Below are positions 11,790 to 22,537 of a DNA stretch of 64,000 nucleotides, in pieces. Within the stretch, counting starts at the first letter, position 1. Each line of letters starts with the position of its first letter. Origin of the DNA: Rhina ancylostomus (taxonomy: Eukaryota); assembly GCA_030265395.1 (NCBI GenBank), contig JARFYF010000007.1, positions 42,570,635 through 42,634,634 on the forward strand, in the 5' to 3' direction. The notes below the pieces were generated by a model that did no database searches, had not been told where the DNA came from, and saw nothing but the letters and a program-made list of their open reading frames with translations. A program made the translations under genes and the position numbers.

Positions 11790-13054
11790 TCCCTCCCCGC
11801 ATAGGAGGGAACTGCAGGAGAAGAAAACAGGTTAGAGGACATCAGGAAACATTGAAAAGATTTTTCCACCGCTGTTCTGCCTGGTATCGGTCAACTGGCC
11901 AACACACCCTCATGGACCAACGCAAGGGGGCAGCTTCTCCCCAGGTGTCTTCCTGAATAGCTGATGTCAAGGTTGGTGGGCTGTGAAGGTCCTCCCCTCT
12001 TGATGAAGTGTCTGCTGGTTCATCTACTTGAACGATAGCTTCATCAGCAGGGGATGCCTCTATGGCTTCGCTGGGACCTCTGTCGGTTCGCTGGTGCACG
12101 TGAACCAAATGTCACCTGACGTTTCATCTGTCTAGCAGTTCGAGTTCTGCAACTTGACTGTTACAATGTCGGATGACAGCCGGTTGCCAGTTTCCTTCGT
12201 GCCTGAGTCAAGTGTAGACCTCGTCATCAGCACCAAACATTTGTGGCCAAGTGTGGGTATCGTAGTTTTGTTTCATGGCTTCTTGTTTGCTACAAATTCG
12301 TTCCTGGACAGCTGGCAGCAGGAGATCCAATCTGGTGCGTAATGTGCATTTGAACATTAATTCAGCAGGGGAGGCGCCCGTTAGTTCAGTTGGGATGATT
12401 TGGCGATGGAAAAGAAAACAGCTTAATTTCGTCATCAAACCCTGTGTTTGTTTAGAAAGGCCTCGTTTCACTGTTTGCACTGCTCGCTCAGCCAGGCCAT
12501 TTGAAGCTACGTGATGTGGAGCCGTTGTCAGGTGCCTAATACCATTCTTCTCTACAAACTCCTTAAATTCTGCACTCAAGCAAGCCGGGTTGTTATCGGA
12601 TACAATCATTTCTGGAATGTAGCAAAGACAGACCATAGCTTAGTTATAGTAGTTGTTGAGAAACACAACATATAAGTAGGTAACGCCTCTATCCACTTCA
12701 AATGGGTATCCACAATGACCAGAAACCTGTGTCCCCAAAATGGTCCAAAATAGTCAATGTGAATGCACTTTCATCGAGAATCGTGCCAGGCCTGCGGTTT
12801 AAGGGTGACCTCTGCTGATGCTTTTTGTGTCTTCTGACAAAGAGGGCAGATGCGTACCATATCCTCAATATCAGTGTCAATTTTCAGCCACCACACACAG
12901 CTTCTCACAAATTCCTTCATTCTGACCACCCCAGGGTGAGTGTCATGCAGATCGTGGAGTATGCGCTTGCGGCCTTGAGAGGGAACCATTACTCGACTAC
13001 CCCGTAATATGCAGCCATGCTGTAGGCTTAGTTCGTGTTGGCGATTTTGTAAAT

Positions 13055-13350
13055 AAGATAAGCCTTCTTTATTAGTCACATGTACGTCGAAATACACAGT
13101 GAAATACATCTTTTTGCGTTGTGTTCAGGTGGCAGCCCGCAAGTTTCACCACACTTCCAGCGCCAACATAGCACGCCCACAACTTCCTAACCTGTACATC
13201 TTTAGAATGTGGGAGGAAACCGGAGCACCTGGAGGAAACCCACGCAGACACAGGGAGAACATACAAACTCTTTACAGACAGTGGTGGAATTGAACCCGGT
13301 TCGCTGGCGCTGTGATAGCGTTACACTAACCACGGCAGTACCGTGCCACC
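13055..13350 (-). mobile_element. tRNA-derived V-SINE (HE1-like)
   Basis: Minus-strand head with A/B-box-like gtggttag and gggttcaattcc; V-domain-like tgcgtgggtttcctccaggtgctccggtttcctcccaca; tail ending gactaataaag. Confidence 0.85.
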
Positions 13351-13639
13351 GATGCTCCTAGTGATCATTGTGTTTGGTATCACTGCACTCATGTTAATTA
13401 TAATGAGACCAAGTGAAAGATCACGATTGGCATAAGCAGGAGTCTCAGGAACTGTAGCACACCATTCCTCACATGCGTACAATTGAACAGGAAGGAGGGA
13501 ATCAGCAGAGAGCTCCAGTTTGCAAGCTGTGTTTTGCCACACTGGGGATACAGGCAAATGCTGTTTCCTTGACCTGCCTGCAGACCACTTGGGCTATCAT
13601 GACAGCTGTTGGCTTTTTAAAATGTATTCCTTTTTTTCA

Positions 13640-13850
13640 GGATTTGGGTGTCGCTGGCAAGGCCACTGTTTTTGGCCATCTTTGATTGCCCATGAGAAGT
13701 TGATGGTAGGGAATGAATGCTTAAGATGTCAATGGGTTCACCAGTTAAGTGAACTACTTTGTGCTGGATGACGTAGAGATTCTTGAGAGTTGTTGGAGCT
13801 GCACTAATCCAAGCATGTGGGGAGTATTGCATCACAAACCTTTCTTGTAC
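13640..13850 (-). mobile_element. 3' fragment of the same CR1-group-like LINE family
   Basis: ORF track QYSPHAWISAAPTTLKNLYVIQHKVVHLTG; tail similar to the reverse complement of 11370-11420. Confidence 0.6.
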
Positions 13851-14029
13851 CTTGCAAATTTTGGAAGGACTTTATCCTGTTTTTCCTCAGGATGGCTAGT
13901 CTCTGAATCTGCCCCTATTGCCACAGTATTTGTGTGGCTGGTTCACTTGGGTCTTTTCAGTTGAGTGATTTCCGGCCGGTGGTGTCCCCTGGTTGCTGAT
14001 GATGGAGGCCCAGTGACTGAGCGCCATGG

Positions 14030-15345
14030 TTAGAGGAGACGATGTCACAGTGATATTATCACCAGATGAATAATCTTGATACCCAGGGCAAAGTCCTGGA
14101 GATCTGGGTTCAGATCCTACCATGGAAAATGGTAATAAATTTGAATTCAAATTCTGCAATTAAGAAGTCTAATGATGACCATAAACACCATTGTTGATTG
14201 TTGTAAAGATCCATTTGGTTCACCAATGTCCTGTAGGAGAGGAAATATGTCATCCTTACCTGGTCCAGCCTCCACGTGACTCCAGGCTGACAGCAGTGCA
14301 GTGGGCTTTTAACTGCCCTCTGAAATGGCCTTGCAAGCAATTCAGTTGCAATTAACCACTGGAAAGCCACAAAGAAATAAAACCAGGTGGATCACCCAGA
14401 ATCGACCCAGGTGCCACAAATGACAATGTCAAAAACTGCCCTGTCGACCCTGTAAAGTCCTCCTTACCAACACCTGGGTGCCTGTGCCAAATTTGGGAGA
14501 GCAGTCTCACAGTCTAGTCAAGCATCAGCACAGTCATACTCATGGAATCGTTCCTTACAGTCAATGTCCCACACACCACCATCTCCCTACCATTGTCCCA
14601 CTACAAGACAGGTCCAGCAGAGAGGGTGAATCAGGGCTATACGATCAGGAGGGAACTGCCCTGGGAGTCTTCAACATTGACTCTGGATCCCATGAAATCT
14701 CATGGCATCAATTTAAGCTCGGGTGATGAAACCTGCTGATCACCACCTACCGCCCCCGCTCAGCTGACGAAACAATACCACTCCACTCGGAGGAAGCACT
14801 GAGAATGACAAAGGTGCAGCATGTACCCTGGGTGGGGGACTTCAACGTCCACCACCAAGGGTGACTCGGTAGCTGCCGACTGAGCTTGCCAAGTGCCAAA
14901 AGACATTGCTGCTAGATTCAATCTGCAGCAGGTGGTGAGGGAACCAACAAGAGGGAAAAACCTACTTGATATTGTCCTGACTAATCTACCTGTCGCAGTT
15001 GCATCTGTCCAGGGCAGTGTCAGTAGGAGTGACCACTGCACAGTCTTTGAGAAGGCAAAACCCTGTCGTCACAGTGAAAATACACTTCATCGTGTCATGT
15101 GGCACTACCACCATGCTAAATGGGGCAGATTGCGAACTGATCTAGCAGCTTAGGACTGGGCATCCATGAGGCACTGCGGCCATCATCAGCAGCAGCAGAA
15201 TTGTACTCAACCACAATCTGCGATCTGATGAGCCAGCGTATCCATCCCTCTACCATCACCATCAAATCAGGGGATCAACACTGGTTCAATGAAGAGCACA
15301 GGAGGGCATGCCAGGAGCAGCTCCATGCATACCTCCAGAATGAAG
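14030..15345 (+). mobile_element. 5' part of a non-LTR retrotransposon (CR1-group-like): tRNA-like head plus AP endonuclease remnant
   Basis: WVGDFNVHH, LQQVVREPTRGKNLLDIVLTN and SDH endonuclease motifs; B-box-like gggttcagatcc at about 14107. Confidence 0.8.
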
Positions 15346-15478
15346 AATTAAGATTAAGGTATCTTTATTAGTCACATGTATATCGAAACACACAGTGACA
15401 GGCATCTTTTGCGTAGAGTGTTCTGGGGGCAGCCCACAAGTGTCGCCACGCTTCCGGCGCCAACATAGCACGCCCACA
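15345..15478 (-). mobile_element. 3' part of a second copy of the same SINE family, cut by a gap
   Basis: Highly similar to 13065-13180 (ctttattagtcacatgta...cgccaacatagcacgcccac). Confidence 0.8.
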
Positions 15479-18400
15479 NNNNNNNNNNNNNNNNNNNNNN
15501 NNNNNNNNNNNNNNNNNNNNNNNNNNNNNNNNNNNNNNNNNNNNNNNNNNNNNNNNNNNNNNNNNNNNNNNNNNNNNNGGGGGGGCTTCTCTCTCAGTGT
15601 CTTCCTGATTAGCCAATGCAGAGGTTGGTGGGCTGTGAAGGTCTTGAAGTGTCCATTGGTTCATTTACTTGAATGGTAGCTTCATAGGCAGGGGATGCTT
15701 CTGTGGCTCTGCCTCCTCTGTTGCTTCGCTGGCATACGTGATCTAAATGTCACCTGACAAATTGTCCATCTGGCAGTTCAAGCTTTACAACTTGACTATT
15801 ACAATGTTGGACGATGGCTGTTGCCAGTTTTCTTCATGCGCAAGTCGAGTGTAGATCTTAGCCACCATACGTAGCTTCTCGCAAGTGCCTTCATTCTGAC
15901 CACCCCAGGGTGAGCATCATGCACATTGCCGAGTAAGTGCTTGTGGCCTTGAGGGGGAACCACTACTCGACTACCCCGTAATCCTGTAGGCTCAGTTCAC
16001 ATTGATGATCTGTAAATGGTTGAAATTCAGGTGAAAGGCCAGTGGGCCAACCATCCTGTAGTGCTCTTTTTATCTGTGATAGGAGTGGATCGCAGGCTAT
16101 CCACTGCCTAATGAGGTGACTTTTGATTGGTGTTTCATCTGGGCTTTGTATCAGGTGAATGGAAGGGTGCCAGACGCTTTACCCCCAATAATTCGTAATC
16201 TGCTTACGGCATCGGCAATGACATTTTTGTTTCTGGGGGTATACTTCATTGTGTAGGAGTAAGAGGATAAGGTCAGTGCCCGTCGTTGCATTCTCAGTGC
16301 TGACATTTGTTGGATACCTCATATCTCCTTCATTAAGACTAAGAGAGGCTTATGATCTGTGTAGATTTTGAGAGGCCACCTAAATGAGTACAAGTGGAAG
16401 TGCTTGATACCAAACATAATAGCTAGGGCTTCTCGGTCCAGCCGTGGATAATTCGTCTCCACCCGAGACATCGTCCTTGAAGCGAAAGCAATGCATCTCT
16501 GTTCCACAAGGCATCTGATGTAGGAGGGCAGCCCCGACCCCATACAGTGAGGCGTCATGTTTCTTGACTATAGGCTTTTCAGGATCATGATGCACCAACA
16601 CAGAGAAAGAACTGAGGGCAGTTTTTATTTATTCAAATGCCCGTTGCTCCATTCTTGACCATTCCCAGTGTTGGTCCTTCTGGAGTAGTCGGTATAAGGT
16701 CTTTAAAACTGTAGTTGATTGATTTAAAAACCGGTTCTAATGCATGACTAGTCCCAGGAATGAGTATTACTGGGTCATGTTTCATGGAACATGGATCCTC
16801 TTTTAAGGCTTTGATTCTGTGCTTCTGTGGATGGAGACCTGTTTTGTTGACTTCGAGGCCCAGGTAATCGACTGAATCAGCCAAAAATGTGCATTTCCCC
16901 TTCTTTAGAGTAAAGCCAGCTTCCTCTAAACGAGAAAGTACTCTGTCTAGTGTCTCAAGATGATAGGACTCTGATGTACCGGTTACTATAATAGCAAGCA
17001 CAGACACGAGGAATATCCTACACTAAATCATCACTAAAGCATTGGAATATCCTAGGTGCAGAACTCACTCCAAATGGCAACCACCTGTACTGAAACAGGC
17101 ATCTGTGTGTATTGATTGTCATAACAATCCAAGAATCTTCATTCAGGGTGACCTGATTGTAGGCATGTTTCAGGTCTAACGTTGAGAATTGTTGGCCTCT
17201 CGACAGGGATAATACAAGTCCTCAATCCATGGCAGTGGATATGCATTCAGTCTTGCAGGGTTTACGGTCAGTTTGTAGTCACTGCAGATATGCACTGATC
17301 CATCAGACTGGAGAATGGGTACCATCAGAACCACCCATTGAGTACTGCAGCAGGCAGTCTAGTTCTTCTACCTTTGGGTCCACAGCATACGGCACCAGGC
17401 GGGCCTTTTGTGAAACTTCAGCTGGCAGTTCTCCTTAAACATGAACTTAGCCACCANNNNNNNNNNNNNNNNNNNNNNNNNNNNNNNNNNNNNNNNNNNN
17501 NNNNNNNNNNNNNNNNNNNNNNNNNNNNNNNNNNNNNNNNNNNNNNNNNNNNNNNNNNNNNNNNNNNNNNNNNNNNNNNNNNNNNNNNNNNNNNNNNNNN
17601 NNNNNNNNNAGCCTCCCCTGACAACATGTACCGGTAAGTGGAACGGGTCTCCATGGTGGACAACTTCTGCTGTGAACATGCCCTGTACATTGACGCTGTT
17701 TCCTGTGTAGCTGTGAAACACCAAGCTTGGAGATTATAGTTTTGGAATCTGGCATAATGATGATTTGTTTACCAAGTGACAGCAGATCTGGTAACCAGCT
17801 CAAATTTCATGGGCTGGTTGTCTACTGTAAGCGTAACCATGTATGGAGGCTGGTTCCGATTGCCCAGTTCATGGGTTTGGAAGATAGAATCCACTTCTTC
17901 GCAGCATCCATCTCCTTGTGTGGAGTTGATGGTCGGACTGTTCCATGCAGTGCGAAGCACATCTTCAAGGCACCGCACCTTCTGACAGAACCGGCAGATG
18001 GTCTTTTCATGCTTGCAGTTGGACCACTGGACATGACTGTCACCAGTGATGGCACCTCTGTGAAGGCTGACATGATTTTGACTGGAAGCTGCAGGTCTGC
18101 AAACACTGGCAAACATTGACATTTTCGGGAGGGGATTCTCGCTCGAGTACTGCCTGAATAAGTGGAGCTGGGATCGGTTGAATCTGTGCAAGGCCTCTCT
18201 TGACTGCCTCAGTGACAAGCTGTGGAGCATGCTTTGTCCCAGGACAAGTCATGCTTTTCAGACAGGAAGTTCTCACGTTTCTTCTCAGAGACTCCAATAA
18301 TCAACACTTGGATAAGCATCACTTCTTTTAATTTGTTTGGTTGGATGTCTTTGTATTTGCATTCCTGCACAGCCAGAGTGCTGAAATCATCTACTTTCAC

Positions 18401-18744
18401 ACCGGGGGTCTGTCGCAGCTGCTAGAACCTGAAGCGTGCCATAAAGAAATTGTCCTGCATCCCTCAAATGTTGTCTGAAGCCTCAAACATGCTGGCCAAT
18501 TCAGCTTTGTTCTACCAGTGCAGAACGCCAAAGTATTTCTGCCCAATTTCTCCCAAGTGCACGCGAAGCAGCTCGAGTTTGGTAGCTTCCTGCAGCTCCA
18601 CTGTTGGTGTTAAAACTGGTAGAAGTTCGAAGTAGACCTGGAAGATTTTCTTCCATTGTGGCCAGGTTCCCGATGTTGGTTTTGCCATAGTTGTGGATTA
18701 GGTGCTTTAAAGTAGAGAGGCCATTCTTGTTTTGATCAAACAAT

Positions 18745-19230
18745 TGTTACGTATGCACAGTGCAAGAATGACAACGGTGCTGTAGAATAAACACCTTTAC
18801 TGATTCATATTAATCAAAATGCACAAACTGAGCAACTTACAATTATAGATCCCAGAGGTATGTGGAGACCTAAAAGCGCACCAGTGCCCGAAATCCCGCA
18901 ACAAAAGTGAAGTCGCACTCGTCAGAGGGTGTCGTCGCTCCACCGAGCACTTGGCCGGCCAGTGCACNNNNNNNNNNNNNNNNNNNNNNNNNNNNNNNNN
19001 NNNNNNNNNNNNNNNNNNNNNNNNNNNNNNNNNNNNNNNNNNNNNNNNNNNNNNNNNNNNNNNNNNNCTCGTCAGAGGGTGTCGTCGCTCCACCGAGCAA
19101 TTGGCCGGCCAGTGCACGCATACGTATAGGTGCGCGGTGCATATTGCCACATTCGTGCCATTGATCCGCTGGATGATTGATCAACCGGCATGTGCACATT
19201 TGCTGTGTTCACCGTACAGTTTGTCTGTAC
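18745..19230 (-). repeat. 5' LTR of the Gypsy element (contains a 100-N gap; outer end uncertain)
   Basis: tgttacgtatgcacagtgcaagaatgacaacgg aligns to tgttacatatgcacagagcaagaacgacaatgg at 11438; similarity continues to about 19229. No clear PBS or TSD seen. Confidence 0.75.
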
Positions 19231-20364
19231 TTTTTAATGGCCAGTATCCAATGAACAAATAAAAGTTTGTACTGGTCATTACAGAATAGCAGTAAAATCA
19301 GCTAGAACTTAAAGGGAAACAAGATGCCCCAATCTAGATTCAAGAATTCAACAGCAGCAGTTTGGTTAAACAAATGTGGTACAAAAACTCCCCAGTATGA
19401 ACAATTGCATGTAGGTAAATTGAATGCATATTAAAAATTAAAACAAACAATATCAGGAAAAGCTTTAAAGCCATCTCTGTCAATAATTTAAAGGGGCATT
19501 TTGCTGAATAGTTTGATAATCATTTCAGATAAGCAACCTCATTAGAATTCAATAAATCAGGCAGGTGATAAAATGTAATTCAATGTTCACCAATTCCTGC
19601 ATATGAAATATTCCCTTTTCACAGAAAGACTGGTCCAGCTGAAAACAAGGGTTCAGTTTCCTATTGGTATTTACCTTGATGATAAGGCACAACTATTATT
19701 TTTCAGGCTTATCATCATGACCTCTTCACAAATGGATCATGGCCATGGTACAGATACACAGACAAGACATGGTTCATGAACTATGCCATGTCATTCTTAG
19801 ACTTTTCTCAACAAGAGAATTTAAAAAAACAACTTAATCAAAATATTGGGGAAACCAAAAATGCTGTGAAGTATTTATTCGATCCACTGCCCAAAGTAAT
19901 AAAATTACCAATTACCTGCACTTATCTTTTTATTTAAATTTAGTAATCCATTAGAATGAATGGCTCAACTCAGTACATTAGCACATTGCCACCAGTCTCT
20001 GTGGCAAGTCCTGCTTATCTGATTTCCATGTTTCGTTACAAGTGGAAGTCAGAGATGAGCCAATTTGCAAGGATGACATAGCCAGTGTTACTTCACGGAA
20101 CTCTTGGTCAGAGTAAGCATGATCTGTCCTATTAAACAAGTCCATTATCATCAAAGCTATTTTTAAAACTTACCCTGAAAATAATTAGTGTTTCCATTTT
20201 CTTCCATTTATTCATTTTCCATTTTTCTTTTAAGACAGACTTTGCAATTTGTTAAACTTTGCTTGTGTGGTTCATCAAGTTAAAATCTATCCATATTTCT
20301 TCCTTCCCCACATATTCCAACTATATGATTTAGACAAGACAGTCAAGAATACTAAAACCACAAG

Positions 20365-20880
20365 AGCAGCAGGAAAAGACCACTAAGACTTTCAAGCCTG
20401 CCATGCCATTCAATATAATTAAGGCTGTTCTATCCCAAGCCTTGGTTTCTCCTTTGTGCTAGATCCCCATAGCCCTCAATTCCCAATCTGCCTCCACTTT
20501 AAATAGTTCTAATGAGCTACACTCAACAACTCCCTGGGGCAGAAAATTATAGAGATTCACCAGTTTTTTTGAGAAGAAATTTCTACATACCTCAGTTTTA
20601 AATGACCGACCCCTCATCTTGAAACTATGTCCCCTTGCTCGAGATTCTCCCACTGGTGAAAACATCTCAACATCTACTCTGTCATGCTACCTTAGGATCT
20701 TCTCCCAAAACTCCAAAGAATATGGACCCAACTCATTTAAACGCTCTTGATGGGACTATTGTATCGTTATTAGCCTGGTTTATCCCTCTTAGACTGCCTC
20801 CAATGTTGCTCTATCCTTTCTTAGGTAAGGGACCAGAAATGTGCACAGTACACCAAGTGTGGCCTTGCCAACCCCCTGTA
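20365..20880 (-). mobile_element. CR1 LINE 3' fragment
   Basis: FSPVGESRARGHSFKMRGRSFKTEVCRNFFSKKLVNLYNFLPQGVVE. Confidence 0.8.
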
Positions 20881-22481
20881 CAAAAGTACCAAAGACAATC
20901 TATGATTTGCTTCAGTTTTTGGTTTTAGAGTACCATCTTCCTTTCTGGTTTTCCATGGATAGAAACGTGCAGTGTATTTGCTTAGGGAGGGCTAGAGAGA
21001 TTTTGGTTATAGAAACAGAAAATGGAAATGGAGACCAAGATTGATGGTGCCATCTCAAAGTATTTGTTAATCAAAGCTGACCAGTCTGGAGGAGTGATAA
21101 TAGAGGGAGATGAATTTGAACAGTAAATATGGAATTATGATGTACAGAACACAGCAGTTGCTGGAAAATTGAAATACACTGTATTGTTTTCTCCATATTA
21201 CCTGATCTACTGAGTTAAGTGGATAACATGCATCTCAGTTCCAGTGTTTTTTTTCCTTCTATCCCCTTTCTCTCCCTCTATTTGCACACCTCCAATCCTA
21301 CCTGAGATCCAGCATTCTCTTTTATTTCATATTTCTCGCAATTGCTGTGTTCTGCATCTCAATTCCATTCTTTCAGAAAGGTCAGCTATGGTTAACAAAT
21401 GTTCATCGCCTCTTTCAGATAGCATTAACAGTTTGTCTCACATAAGCAAAGTCTTCGGCCAATCACAGCCATTTCCATTGCTTACTCCACCCTTCCCCTC
21501 TTCCTGTAACTTGAAATGTGCCTACATTCTCACTTTTCCATTACTGATGAAGGTCACTGACGCAAAATGTTAAATCTATTTCTCCCTCCACCGATGCTGC
21601 CTGACCTAAGTATCTCCTGCTAAGTTTTTATTTCAGATTTCCAGCACCTTCAGTTTCTTTTCTTTGGATTTTAGTGAGGATAGCTTCATGAAGGGCCTAC
21701 CCATTTCTCATTTAAAAGGGCTGTGCAGTGTGCAAGAACAAATGCTCAAGTTCCAGAACAATCTTGGGAAAATATGATTAACAGTGTTAATTCATAGTGC
21801 TATTTAGTGCTGCTTCAGGTCAGGTTATCACTTTTAAAAGTCAAATGAAACTATTCCATAAACATTTGCTATCTGCTAATTTATTATGCAGACTACAGAA
21901 ATATTTTAACAAATCACAAGAAGTTCTTTTAGTTTATCAGTAAGGGATAACTTGCTCCATATTGTCTTAATATAGCTAAAGTTAAATGGAACTAGAAATT
22001 TTCCAAGGCAAATCATGCTTTAAACAGAGGTGTAGTTTTGATTTTTAGGCACATCAGCCACAGGTGGTGTATGCTTCACAAATTAACATATGCAACCATT
22101 CGTATTCAGTGTCAGACCACTGCCAAAGTAGACGACTAAAAGAAACTGGAGAACTCATGCATTACAGGCTACTTTGGCAATTTCTTCACACACGAAGAGT
22201 TCATGAAACCACAGGCATACACACCACATCTGACTGGAAGAACGAGGGAAAAAAAGGTGTGTGTGGGGGAAGAAAAGAGTGAGGGAACAATAAAAGATTC
22301 CATATATCAATTTATATGGAAGTTTTCTTGAACAGATTTATATTTGTTTTCATGCTATCAGGGTGACATTTAGAAGAAAGACTTAGGCAATGGCAGCAGC
22401 AAGTTTTGAACAGCAAGTTTCCAGCAGATGAAAAATATAACAGCTGCAAGTAGTTTTCAGATCAGTAGCGATTGACAACAG

Positions 22482-22487
22482 CATGCA
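22482..22487 (-). promoter_or_regulatory. RBFOX-type TGCATG intronic splicing element downstream of the 24-nt microexon
   Basis: catgca on + reads TGCATG on the transcript, about 27 nt after the donor. This is a typical enhancer position, but function is inferred. Confidence 0.55.
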
Positions 22488-22513
22488 GCTTAAGGTAAAA
22501 TGAGTTCACTTAC

Positions 22514-22537
22514 GTATTGAGGGAAATGCATGCCATT
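22514..22537 (-). CDS. PICALM: PICALM exon 18, 24-nt alternative microexon
   Basis: AATGGCATGCATTTCCCTCAATAC = NGMHFPQY, identical to the recalled mammalian insert; cag acceptor, gtaagt donor. Confidence 0.92.

Larger units (their letters stand above)
11438..19230 (-). mobile_element. Decayed composite Gypsy/Ty3 LTR retrotransposon in intron 18
   Basis: Frameshifted gag at about 18690-17950. RT: YRWLPFGVSSAPRIFQ, IIVTG...LDRVLSRLEEAGFTLKKGKC. RNase H: DASLYGVGAALL, IAFASRTMS, YTDHKPL. Integrase: HDTHPGVVRMK...CPLCQ, IVSDN...NGLAERAVQTVK. Order RT-RH-INT, with two related terminal repeats. Confidence 0.9.

Noticed and set aside
18918-19117. Apparent ~50-bp tandem duplication inside the 5' LTR
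   Set aside because: The two copies flank an exact 100-N gap and the other LTR has only one copy, so overlapping contig ends are the likely cause
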